Below, in pieces: positions 39,527 through 50,671 of a stretch of DNA of 64,000 bases. The notes below the pieces were generated by a model that saw nothing but the letters and a program-made list of their open reading frames with translations, was not told the DNA's origin and did not search any database. Made by a program: the position numbers and the translations under genes. Every line of letters starts with the position of its first letter. Position 1 is the stretch's first letter. The stretch comes from Felis catus (lineage: Eukaryota), in the NCBI RefSeq assembly GCF_018350175.1, contig NC_058374.1, positions 41,850,001 through 41,914,000 on the forward strand, written 5' to 3'.

Positions 39527-42500
39527 TAATACAAAAGTTTTTAAAAATTACCGAGGAACTATTTAAAGGAACCTCATGGTGACACATTCTGTACAACCCA
39601 TTAGTATCCTTTGTGTCAATCCGGATTTTGAGCCCTGGCTCTTGCAGTGCTGCTAGCTAGCTAACTGCGTGGTCAACAGTCACCTCTGTTTCTTAAGCAG
39701 TGACATAGGAGCTGGGGTTTGGATGACACCTGTAATTGTTGCTAAGCTGTGTGGAATCCTCTCCAACCTCAAGATTCCGCTTCAGGAGGTCCAGGGTGGT
39801 GATGCCCATCTGCTACCACACTTGGTAACATCCAGAGAAGGTGAGCCGCAAGGTCTCTAACTCTAAAAGTGTTATTATTTATAGCGTATCGTTATTCATA
39901 GCATATATTTAGCATATAGCATGTTATTTATAGCATATAGCAAACTGGGGTTTGCTTACATTAAGGTCTATGTGAATTGGGAACCCGCTTCTGCCCTTCC
40001 CTGCCATGTTGCCTGTCAGTTGGGAATTTCACACCCGACACACACAAACCCAGGATATCTTCACTAAAGTCACCAGCAGTTTTCCAAGAATCTCTCCATC
40101 AAACCATTTCCCACCTCAATGTGACCTTGACCTTTCCTAAGGTATTTCTGCTCCCCCCTTTTTAGAGACTCAAGTCCACCTCTAGGGCCGTATCCCATGC
40201 CCCCCTCTCCTATCTTCCAGCTCCATGTGTCCAAATGTCCTAGCTGCGGACACTCGGTTGGCCGCTTGGCTGGCGAACACTTACATCTTGGAGGTAATTC
40301 TCCAGAACCTGCAAGCCCTCCGGGTGGCAGGTGACAGCAGATGAAGAGGGTGGGAGGGATGCCGAGGGGAACTGGGGGCAGCACCCTATTCCTATGCCAA
40401 AGATAAGGTCTTCAGGGAAGAAAAAAAATCCTAAAGGGCAGACAAGGGCCAAGGAACTTGGAGTGCTAACTTATCCCAGGGACAGTCAGAGCAGAGCATG
40501 GGGGCGGGGAGGGGGGCGCAGACAGGGAGGGCTGAGCCCAGAGGGAGAAGCACCCCTGCTTGTCCTTGTCTCCCTAGAGCTCCCATTTAAGGGCGGACAT
40601 TGAGGATGGGAAGGCTCAGAGCTGCCAGCGCTCCCTGCCCAACCTCCAAAGCAGCTCTGCCCGCCTTCTGCATCCCAGGCCCCTCCATGTACGTCCCTCA
40701 CGCCATGCCAGCTCTGTGCCCCCCACAGGCTCTCCTCAGGGATGGAGGCTAGCTGGGAGGCTGCTTGGCGGAACCGATACCCAAGGCCTTCCCTCCCCAT
40801 GTCCCCAGTCCCCTGTTTTTTTCTTACCTTTTAGCACCTCCTGTGCCTAACTGTCCCTGTCTTCACCTCCCCAGCTTCCAGTGCAGCCCCACCTGGATCC
40901 CACCCCTCTAATCTGAAGACCCCAGTAATGTCTAAGGAGAGAAATAAAGACAACTTTTTTTTTTTTAATCCCTATCCCAACTGGAATGGACTGGGAGAAG
41001 GAAACCTTGACCTTTGCTGCTCCGTCAGCCGTTGGGAGGCCCCATGCCCAGGACTGGGAGCATCGGGGCAGGGCAGGTATGTGGAGTATTTAAGTGCACT
41101 TGGAATATGTGGGTTGGGAGACCTGAATACTGGGTTATCGTTGTGGATCAATTCCTGGTCCTCTGGGTGACCGGTTTGTGACGTGGGCATTGGATTGCAG
41201 AAGAAGGGAGGAAAGGGACATTGGATAAAGGGTGTCAGTAGGACCCGAGGCCCTTTGTTACCATAGGAAGGAAAACATCCCAAACTGCAAGCAGGCCTGG
41301 GTCAGAGTGGCCCAAAACATTTGCTTCTACTTGTTGGTCTGGAAAGCTGAGGCCTGGAAAGGGCAGAAGATAATAATTGGGTAGCTGGCACCACAGAGGG
41401 CTGGAGGCCAGGATGATGATTTCCAAGTTGTGGCTGGGAGTATTTTAGGAGTCCTGAGGACGGGCACAGAGATGAGGATCACCAGAGAGCATCAAAGGAG
41501 CAAGACAGAGGAATCAGGGAGAAATCAGTCATTTGTAACCCGTGCACTGTGTCAAATGCTTTCTGCATACTACATCACGGATTTCAGTTCTGCAGGATGG
41601 ACCCATGTCTCCCCTGCCGTCAGCGAGCGCCTAGAAAGGCCCATTTTACAAAGTGGGAAACTGATGAGAGATTAAGAATTCTTCCCGGTCATGCTAAGTG
41701 GTTGAGCCAGGTCTTACTCAAGTCAGGCTGCATTCATAATTTCACTCCTGTAGATAGCTTAACCTCCAGCCAAATATCAGCCATGAGGAAAATAATGCGT
41801 CCAACCATGTCCTCCAGATGCTGGGGCCAAGGGCTTGGGGGATGGCTGTTGTGAATGAGGCTGGGCCCAGTTGGAGAGTTGACCAGAAATAAAATGTCGG
41901 CTTCCTTCCCGAGGGTTCCTTTCCCATTTCTGCCCCCTGACCCTCACCCTGCAGTGGCAGACAGGTCAACAAGTGCCAGGGGGCTGGTTCTTGGGCACCT
42001 CACTAGGGGAATGTTGCTCACTAACTCCCCACAACAGATCCCTGCTGAGAACCAGTCACGGGTTCTAGGAGTAAGAAGCACTGAGTTGAAGGGTGGTCCT
42101 CACCCAAGTGCAGGAAGTAGGGGTGAAAATCAGTTCATGTGTCTGAAAGCCAGTTCCCATATGGGAGAGCTCGTGAAACACTAGGTTGACTCACCTAGAT
42201 TGAAATCCGGGTAACCCTTGCCCTGCTCCAGCCCCCACTCAGAACCATACCTGTGAGTGTGGGCATTGTGAAATCCAGATTGACCAGGTTGGCCATGAAC
42301 TGCAGCCTAAGATTTTACAGCTTGCCGGAAACTTCAGGGAAGTGAATAACTTGCCCAAAGACCACATGGCTGGGCTGGTGGCAGAGCCGAGGACCCAGCC
42401 TCTGGGCATCCCTTACAAGTCTAGGGTTCTTTGTCTTGTGGGCTCCACAGGAGACTCACGAAAGCTGTTCCCACTCCCAGAAGAAGGACATATATGTCTG

Positions 42501-43324
42501 TTTGGACAGAGCACAGATTGACACTTGGGACTGACGGCTGTGGACGCTTTGAGTCCCATCATCTACAATTCAGCCACTCAGCCACCCGGGAGGAGATGAA
42601 TTATCTATACAGGCACCCCTCACCTTTTACAAGTTTACATTAAGCCACTTCACATGTGCAGAAGACCGGTTTGGGCTAACACAAAGAAATACGAAGGGGA
42701 TTTTTGCTTTTGCCAAAGTGAAAATAGCTTTCGGCAAGCTTTTGGTTTTGCAGCAAGTTGTAGAGTTGCCATATGCCCAGAGCAGCAAGAGGGCGGTCAC
42801 CACGCTCCTTCCCCCAGAGCTATACTCAGCTTCTCTGCATCAGGCCTAGCTCTGAGCTGTCTGTGAGCATCCGTTTGCTCTGTGCGTCCCTTAGCAAGAC
42901 GGTTTCAGAAAATTCAAGGTTATTTTTTGGGCCTGGGAATGCTCAAACACTTCTCCATAGAAGTTAATAGTAATCGGTTCGCTTTATGCCATTTCAGCTT
43001 CCGAAAGCTTTCACAGGAACACTCTGTTTTCGGATAGCGGGGGGAGCCTGTACTTGTTTGACTTCTGAGATTCCTGGATTCTTTTGGCCACAGGGTTGGT
43101 TCCCTTGACCCTGATCATGGATCTTCACCAGCCCTATGTAATGAGATTTGGCACGTGTCCTGGAATAGGACGTCAATGCATGATCGTTGCTCTCCACTTC
43201 CTCCCTCTGCTCGTTCAGCTACTAGACGGATCCTCTTGAATCTGTTTGTTCACAGAGGACATGGGAAAGATCCTCCCTTCCCTAAGAGGAACCAGAGCCT
43301 GGAGTTGTTTGTGTGTGTGTGTTG

Positions 43325-43419
43325 TTTTTTAAGTAAGCTCTACGCCCAACATGGGGCTTAAACTCACAACCCTGAGATTAAGAGTCGCATGCTGTGCTGA
43401 CTGAGCCAGCCAGGTGCCT
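43325..43419 (-). mobile_element. Short Can-SINE
   Basis: ctgagattaagagtcgcatgc...gagccagccaggtgcc. Confidence 0.7.
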
Positions 43420-44119
43420 GTGCTGTTTTGTTTCTTTGACTTTGATTTACCATAAACTGAGAAGAACCAAAGATTGTTATAAAGAAACCATCACCAGACC
43501 CTTACCAGCATTTACTATCATTAAGTTCCCAAGAACAGAGTGACCCATTTGGCCGAGCCAGGTCAAGCCAAGAGTGAACGTCTTAAGAAATTTGAGCACT
43601 TCATGCCCTTCCAGTACTGCTCAGGTTCCAGGTTGGTTTTCTTCTCTGGTCTCCTTCCCTGGGCTCAAATTCTCAACAACTGAGGGTGGAAGGACATTGC
43701 TGACTCCAAAGCGCCTCCCCATCGAAGGCCTGTGCCTTCCTGCTCGGCTCGGTACCACACGTGTTCCCACTCACAGTCCAGGGGAGAATCTATGCCCAAG
43801 GGACAAGGGGCACCAAATTCCTCAGGCACCTAGGAGATATGCCTTACATTCTCCCTGACATGTGAAGTTACAGTAAAAGCAAGGGAGACAGCAACCAAGG
43901 GTGAAACTGCTTGTTTTCACCCATCAGCCTAGCCCAACTGACTTCCGCTGCTGCTGCTCTGGGCTCTGACTGTCCCACTGTTGTTACCACCGAAGTACTG
44001 GGCTTGAACTCGAGTTAAGAAGGCCACACGTGGAGACAGAGGGAAGGCAAGAAGGTGACGAGAAGACAGGAGGGTTGAATTTGAACAGGGAAAAGATCAA
44101 AAGTAAAGCCAGAATCCTA

Positions 44120-44676
44120 CTTGCTCTTTTTTCCATTCTCCTTTATTCCATAAACACCTAGTTACAAGTTGCACAAATCAAAAAATAAAGGCAGAGAAGG
44201 GTGTAGGGAAGGTTTCTGTGATGTGCAGGGAGTGGGAAGGGAGAAAGGGTTGGGAGCCAGTCCTCTCCCTCCACACACAGCCCTGGATAAGGGCTATGGC
44301 CTCTGCAGTGGGGGATCTGAGGAGGAGGTGGGCAAAGATCCAGGGCAGCTGAGGGATAGAGGAAGCCCCTAAACCCAGAGCTCACCCCAAAAGCCCCTTC
44401 GATGCATGGCGAGGGTAGAAAGGGGAAGGTGAGGAGGCTCAAAGATGGAGCAGCAAAATGAAAAATCAAGTTAGCAGATACAGGAGAAGTGGACTCGTCA
44501 TGGTAGGGGATTAAAGAAGGAAAAAGTAGGTAAAGGGGGCAGTGAAAGGTTCTCCCTGAGACCCCCAGGGAGAGGTGGGGGGCCAGCTTGCCTGTTAATT
44601 TAATATTAAATTGGGAGTGGGAGCTGGAGAGGAAAAAGTTATTTGGGGGATGATTTCTCAGCCTCTCAGCCTGTAC
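44120..44676 (-). other. MLF2: MLF2 terminal, fully non-coding 3' UTR exon
   Basis: Strong polypyrimidine acceptor (ctttcccttccAG at 44678-44677), paired with a donor at 44921. Confidence 0.75.
44142..44147 (-). terminator. MLF2 polyadenylation signal AATAAA
   Basis: tttatt on the + strand, at the end of the 3' UTR exon. Confidence 0.75.
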
Positions 44677-44946
44677 CTGGAAGGGAAAGAGAGAAGAGCG
44701 AGTCAAAAGACAAAACGTAAAGGCCAGGAGTTGGGTTTACTCTCCCATTCCAGTGGCAGCATTCTTCTCTTCACACCAACTAAAACTTACACCATCAAAG
44801 GCAGTAATTGCTGGGCACCTGGACTCCTTCTGCCTCATGACAAAGGAATGTGCACAGGTACGTGCCTCAACCCCCCCCCTCCGTGCTTGACACCTTACAA
44901 TTCCTCCCTCTCAATACTTACAAGAGAGGCTGAGGGCCTAGGGCCC

Positions 44947-45134
44947 TCACCAGTCATAGCGGCGGGACTGTCGGGAGGGGGAGTCCTCAGGTCCCTGTAT
45001 AGCCAGGCGGGGAGGCCCCTCAGCCCTTCGTCCCCCACCCCCTGAAGCCTCATGCCGTCGAAATTCCAAAGGGCGCTGCTGCCGGAATCGGGATGTCTCC
45101 CTCCGCCATTCATCATCAAATGCTGCAGCCTCAC
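44947..45134 (-). CDS. MLF2: MLF2 last coding exon
   Basis: (S)[26 protein letters not shown]...[16 protein letters not shown]-stop; acceptor AG at 45136-45135. Confidence 0.96.
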
Positions 45135-45590
45135 CTGAAGAGCACAGAGACCAGACGTGACATTTAAATATACAGGCTGGCTTCTGGAAGCTGAGGCAAG
45201 CGTGAGCCACAGCCTTCTCAGGTGAACAAATACAGCAAAGGCTGAAACTATGTGTGGGGACATGTTGAAGGACACCAACAATTTCTGTTCTTAGTAGTCT
45301 GGGGTTCCATATGGTTCCACGAGCTAATAGCCAACAGCGATTCCAATGTGGAAGCCACCAGCAGGCCTAAGGCAGGACTACTCAAGAAGGAAATCAGGAA
45401 CGGGGTAATTATGAAGTTAAGGAGCACAGTGCCATGCACACAATAAGTACTTAATAAATACTTATTGACTTGAGAAAGAAAAAAACTGATCCTGACAGTT
45501 GGCCTCTCCTTGGCGAGGAGACTGCCAGGGCTTGACTTAGCCCCTAAAGCTGACAGGACAGGGCTCAAGTGAGGTCAGAATAGGAGGCCT

Positions 45591-45814
45591 GGAGCGCCTG
45601 GATGGCTCAGTCAGTTAGGTGTCCGACTTCGGCTCGGGTCATGATCTCACAGTTTGTGGGTTTGTGCAGTTGGGCTCTGTGCTGACAGCTGGGAGCCTGG
45701 AGCCTGCTTTGGATTCTGTGTCTCCCTCTCTCTCTGCTCTTCCCCCACTCATGCTGTCTCTCTCTGTCTCTCAAAAATAAAAACGTTTAAAAAAATTAAA
45801 AAAAAAAAAAAAAA
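45591..45814 (+). mobile_element. Intronic Can-SINE
   Basis: Flanking agaataggagg duplication. Confidence 0.85.
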
Positions 45815-45962
45815 AGAATAGGAGGTCCACCCAGAACTTTGCCAAGAAATATCTACAGAGGTAAGGAGAGAAAGCTGGTTGGTGTCTCCTAGCTCGCAGG
45901 AACAGGACCAGTGGCTACCGGCCCAGGAGCCAGAAGGGTGATGAGAAGAAAAGAAGGCTCAC

Positions 45963-46122
45963 TCTCATCCAGGTTGATATAATCCTGCCGCTCCTCCTGG
46001 TCCCCTGTGCGGTGGTTTCGGGAGCGCTGGAGGATGTGAGCCCGGTCTCGGATGTGATGCCCGATGGACATCTGCTCTAGCCCACTGTCCGAGTCCCGTA
46101 CGGTCCTGCGAGTCTCCCGGAT
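45963..46122 (-). CDS. MLF2: MLF2 coding exon
   Basis: [53 protein letters not shown]; AG/GTGAG boundaries. Confidence 0.96.
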
Positions 46123-46821
46123 CTGGGAGGAGGCAGAACACAGCACACAGCTGTCCCTTCCAAAGCCTGGCTACACCAAGCCGGGATAGACAAACCACCC
46201 CCAACCCAATGATGAAAAAAGAAGCCAGGGTTTCTGTGCGTGTCATTCAACCCTGCGTTCTCTGGGATATNNNNNNNNNNNNNNNNNNNNNNNNNNNNNN
46301 NNNNNNNNNNNNNNNNNNNNNNNNNNNNNNNNNNNNNNNNNNNNNNNNNNNNNNNNNNNNNNNNNNNNNNNNNNNNNNNNNNNNNNNNNNNNNNNNNNNN
46401 NNNNNNNNNNNNNNNNNNNNNNNNNNNNNNNNNNACAGCAGGACTGAACGGTCCCTCTGGCGAAGGGATCCCACATTTCAGCTGCCTGTTCCTGTCTGTA
46501 TCTTTCTTACAAAACATGAGAAATGAGAAAACATCAGGACTCATCAGTACCCCCCAAATTCCTCTGAGTCCAACAATAAACAAGAAAGACCTTTAGAGAC
46601 TGAGCCTTAATCGCATGCTTAGTAAGACTGCTCCTGCTGCTTCCTAGTTAGGCCACAAGAACAGATAAGGGAACCCAATGCTCTCTGGGTTCAATGACTT
46701 TATCCGGCTTGAGCCTTTCCCTAGCGCACTCTTGCCTGCCCCCGCCTCAGAGGACTCAAGAAGGTGTCGCCAGCCATCACTGAGAACAAGACTGCAAAAG
46801 CGTATGGCGCAAGAACCTCAC

Positions 46822-46875
46822 CATGTTCCCAATCATGTCGTTCATCATCCCAAACATGTCCATGAAGCCACCTGA
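46822..46875 (-). CDS. MLF2: MLF2 coding exon
   Basis: SGGFMDMFGMMNDMIGNM; AG/GTGAG boundaries. Confidence 0.94.
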
Positions 46876-47417
46876 CTGCAGCAAAGAGATGGAAAACAGA
46901 GTCAGGAAAGCAAAGTCAGTGCTCAGATTATCTTGTTTAGGCACCCACTAGACGCATGGCTACACATTCCCTTTCTCCTCTTCCCTCACACGGAGCAACA
47001 GCTCTGTCTCTTCATTAGCATGGCCAGTACATGGAATGTTCCTCTCCGTGTTTCCCTTCCCACAGACTGCTACCTTCCTCCTCAGTCTCTATGGCTGCTC
47101 TGATCCCATCTTTGTTCTCCTGACTGCCTTATTTCCTCCTATCTTTAAGAAGCACACCCAAGTAAATGAATTGTAACCTACAAAAAAAGGGGTGGGCATG
47201 AAATAGTAAAAAACAAAAAAAACCTCTAAAAAGCCATCTCTTGCTGGCCCTTCAACTGCATCTCAATCCTCAGGAAGACAAACTTTTCTAGGCAATCACA
47301 TTTCCCTGATAGGTATTGCTCCTAGAATGCAGAGGTCAGTAAGTGAACATCTTTAACCCACAGGACTCAGAGCACACAACAGGACCAGAGCTTTGTGAAC
47401 ATTATAAAAAGATTGTA

Positions 47418-47587
47418 GGGGCGCCTGGGTGGCTCAGTCAGTTAAGTGACAGAACTCTTGATTTCGGCTCAGGTCATGACCTCACACTTTGTGAGATGGA
47501 ACCCCGGAGTCGGGCTCTGCACTGACAGCACGGCGCCTGCTTGGGATTCATCCTCTCTCTCTCAAAATAAATAAATCAACTTTAAAA
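47418..47587 (+). mobile_element. Intronic Can-SINE
   Basis: Canonical head and tail. Confidence 0.85.
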
Positions 47588-47696
47588 AGATTCTAGGGTT
47601 ACCCATAAAGCTATTCCAGAGAGCCACATTTGTAAATAATATCTAAGGGCCTAGAGTGTGTCTGAGATGGAAGGACACAAAGATGTTAGGACTCAC

Positions 47697-47732
47697 CATT
47701 CCCAGCATCCCAAAGGGGGAAACAGTCCCAGC
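47697..47732 (-). CDS. MLF2: MLF2 36-nt coding exon
   Basis: AGTVSPFGMLGM; cctgcAG acceptor and GTGAGT donor. Confidence 0.92.
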
Positions 47733-47973
47733 CTGCAGGAAAACACAAAGAACAAATTAGAGACCACATCCTATTCATTACAACCCCAAGCCCATGGGCC
47801 CAGCTTTTTTTCCATCCTCCTCTCAAAAGGGGATCACAAAACCCTTCTGGCAGACCCTTTCCCCCACTCCTAAAAAAAGATCATTCCACTTGCTAAGCTG
47901 GCTAAAGCGCAAGAAAGATCAAAGGAACCCTCCAGGCTTCCTTTGGGTCTCAGGTATGTTGCAGCACCATTAC

Positions 47974-48100
47974 CTGCATCCTACGGCTGGCAGGCCTGGT
48001 CCCTGGCATGTTGCCATCTGTGATGCTGAGGAAGGGGCTATATCCAAAGCCACCTGACAACATTCGGTTCATATGCTGACGGTGAATAGCAAAGGGGTCC
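47974..48100 (-). CDS. MLF2: MLF2 coding exon
   Basis: [42 protein letters not shown]; AG/GTAATG boundaries. Confidence 0.95.
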
Positions 48101-48362
48101 CTGTGGAGTGAGTATACAGTGTGGATGGCAGAAGGGCCAAACAGTCAACACCCACTCCCCGCCTCCCCCAGCAAAAAAGAAAAGTCATGGGGAAACAGTG
48201 GCACAGACGCCTATTTCCTCTCCAAGTCTGAGCTAGAGTTGAGTATCCAGCTGGTTCCAGCCAATGCCAGCAATGGGAACCCAGATGTCTGTCTGAATCA
48301 CTTAGAGACCTGAATTGGAGTAGGATGAGCGCCCTAGAACACAAGGGGGAGGGAATACTCAC

Positions 48363-48412
48363 ATCAGGAACATAGGATCCTCGGGCTCCACGTCCCTCAT
48401 AAAACGGAACAT
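48363..48412 (-). CDS. MLF2: Myeloid leukemia factor 2, first coding segment (exon 48363-48440)
   Basis: aggATG start; MFRFMRDVEPEDPMFL(M); GTGAGT donor at 48362. Confidence 0.95.
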
Positions 48413-49013
48413 CCTGATTTTAGCTCCAGGGGGCTCCACGCTGTAAAGATGTGGAGGCTCAGATACTCGGAGGTAGCCAGGCTTTTTGCACACCTGGCTC
48501 AGTGAAGGGGCTCAGGACACTGTCCCTTCCAAATGCTGTAACTGAACCCCCCAAACTCCAGTGAGACCCTTCTCCAGGTGGTGGTCGACACCACCCTCAC
48601 GGGAGAGATGAGCTCTTCAAACCTCTCAAGGAGGGCCGTGGAAAATTTTTCCAAGCCTCGCAGTCTTCTGCCTCCCCCCACTCACAGCCATCCTCTTCCA
48701 CGAGCCCTGGCCAGAAGCATAGCCCCCTCCCCCGACGCCACTGTTCCAGATGCGAATCCCGAGGGCTGGCCCTCGCCCCAGCAATGACCCCAGCCACTCG
48801 GCCCCCTTCTCACCCCGAGCCGCCTCCAGGCCTCCCCCAGGCCGGCCTCACTATCCCCACCGCGCCTGTCTGCCGCTCCCCCGGCCCGCGCCTCACCGCC
48901 GGGCGAGCCGGAGCGGTAGGCCTGGCCCTCTCCCCTCCCCGCATCCCAGACCCTGCAGCCCCGCAGGCCCGCTCCCGCCCTGGCCCCGGCTGCCCGCTCT
49001 GCTCGAGCCTCAC

Positions 49014-49195
49014 CGGTCCCCGATTCGGGCTCAGCGGCCCATCCGGCCGGTCTCGCCTCTCGGTGCGCTGCAGAATCGGGGGTTGCGGCCCGGGACGCGG
49101 GATTGGTCCAGGCTGGTGCTCCTCGGCCTCCCGCGCCGCCTCCTCCCAAGGCTGCCACCTCCGTACCCCCCCTCGGCCCACGGAGCCCGAACCGC
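49014..49195 (-). other. MLF2: MLF2 non-coding exon 1 (5' end approximate)
   Basis: Donor CCG|GTGAG at 49014/49013, inside the CpG island and just downstream of the ETS-CRE motif. Confidence 0.7.
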
Positions 49196-49208
49196 GGCCA
49201 GGCCCGGA

Positions 49209-49223
49209 CGGAAGTGACGTCAC
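49209..49223 (+). promoter_or_regulatory. Overlapping ETS-CRE motif CGGAAGTGACGTCAC
   Basis: Exact ETS core overlapping a palindromic CRE (TGACGTCA). Confidence 0.85.
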
Positions 49224-49800
49224 GATGGGACAGCCCGCCCCGGGGCCGGGCCCGCGGAGCTCCGCCCACTGGCGGGCGAGGGGAGTGGGCTGGGGCCGGC
49301 TTCCCGGGCGGCGGAGCTTGCGGCCGCGGGGTCTTCCGGGGACCAGGGGAGGGGAGGCCTCATCACTAACCTGGATTTGGGCTCTGTGAACTGGAAGAGG
49401 CTCCCTGCGAGGGTGTGGGGGAGGAGCAGAGGCTCCCCTTCCTCGGGAGGGACGGGGCGGGGGAGGGCGGTGCGGCACGTTCCCTCAGGGGAAGGAAGAG
49501 ACCGTGGGGCAGATTCCCATGGCGGGGAGGGGCGGGCTCCCTGTGGGCGACTGGGTGGGGCGGATCCTGGGGGGGAACATTAAGCAGATTTTTCTACCCG
49601 AGCGGCGTTCAGCCCAAGAGGGAGGAAGGGCGGCCGTTCTGCGGGGGAGGCGCTAGGGCCAGTCCCGTCGGGAGGAGGCGCGTTCCAAGCAGGGGCGGGG
49701 TCCTCGGAGTGACGTACAGGAGGAGGTGACAGTTCTGCCCCTGTCTAGCTCTGGCTTCGAGAACTCCGGCGGGGCCAAAGAGAATCCAGGTTGGGAGGGC

Positions 49801-49819
49801 TGGCCGCCAGATGGCGCTC
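49801..49819 (+). promoter_or_regulatory. Candidate CTCF site TGGCCGCCAGATGGCGCTC
   Basis: Close match to the CTCF core consensus TGGCCNCCAGRKGGCGCY. Confidence 0.65.
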
Positions 49820-50462
49820 TTCGGCCAGGCTGGAACTACAGCCCTTTGGGAACTGGCGTTGGCGAGGCTCCTGGACCCCTCAGTTACCCTGTGTGAAGGG
49901 TAGGTCTGGGCAAAGGTTGTAGTTCTGAAATCATTTCGTTTAGCGCCAGTCTCTCCCCTTTCTTTTTCTCTGACTGCTGTGTCCTCAAGAGCTCCGAGTC
50001 CTGCACTGATCTTTCTTGCCTTTAGGCAGGTAGGTTGGTAGGTCAAGGGTCTAAAGTTTGGGAGAAGAAGGGGTGGAGTGCTCCATTAACCAGGATCACC
50101 CAGGGGTGGAGCTGAAATCAGACCCAGAAGACCCAACTCCAAGGCCAAAGACTGAAACTTTGACATACTAAATGTCTTGCATAAAATCTGGCCCCACTGG
50201 AGAGAAGGGCCCTCCCCCTGGGTGTCAGGGGAATTTGGACTGTCTAGGGAGGGACTTTAAACCAGACTCTTCCAAACTCTAGCTCTCCCTGGTTCTTTAC
50301 TCTGGCTGCTAGCCATATTAGTGCTGTGTGGAGGCTGACAACGTGAAACACTTGTTCCCAATATGTACTTCACTAGGGGTGAAGGAGGAGGGGGTTCCTG
50401 GTGGCTCAGAAAAAGGTACTGGGAGCAAGGCTTCTCAGTCAGGTTTTTTGGACTTGATCATT

Positions 50463-50671
50463 TTTTTTTTTTAAGTTTATTTTTTGAGAGAGAGAGAGAC
50501 AGAGTGTGAGCAGGGGAGGGGCAGACAGAGAGGGAGACACTGAATCTGAAGCAGGCTCCAGGTTCCGAGCTGTCAGCACAGAGTCTGATGTGGGGCTTGC
50601 ACTCACAAACCAGGAGATCATGACCTGAGCTGAAGTCTGACGCTTAACCGACTGAGCCACCCAGGTGGCCC
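50463..50671 (-). mobile_element. Can-SINE
   Basis: TSD tggacttgatcatt at 50449-50462 and 50672-50685. Confidence 0.88.

Larger units (their letters stand above)
48730..49870. promoter_or_regulatory. MLF2 CpG-island promoter
   Basis: High CpG density, GC boxes and an ETS-CRE motif. Confidence 0.85.

Noticed and set aside
39600-43300. Non-repetitive intergenic DNA with scattered ORFs of up to about 110 aa
   Set aside because: No consistent exon chain or recognisable protein. It may contain enhancers, but the sequence alone does not support a call.
48682-49729. ORFs of up to about 220 aa on both strands at the MLF2 promoter
   Set aside because: CpG-island artefacts with Pro/Gly/Arg-rich composition and no splice-consistent gene model.
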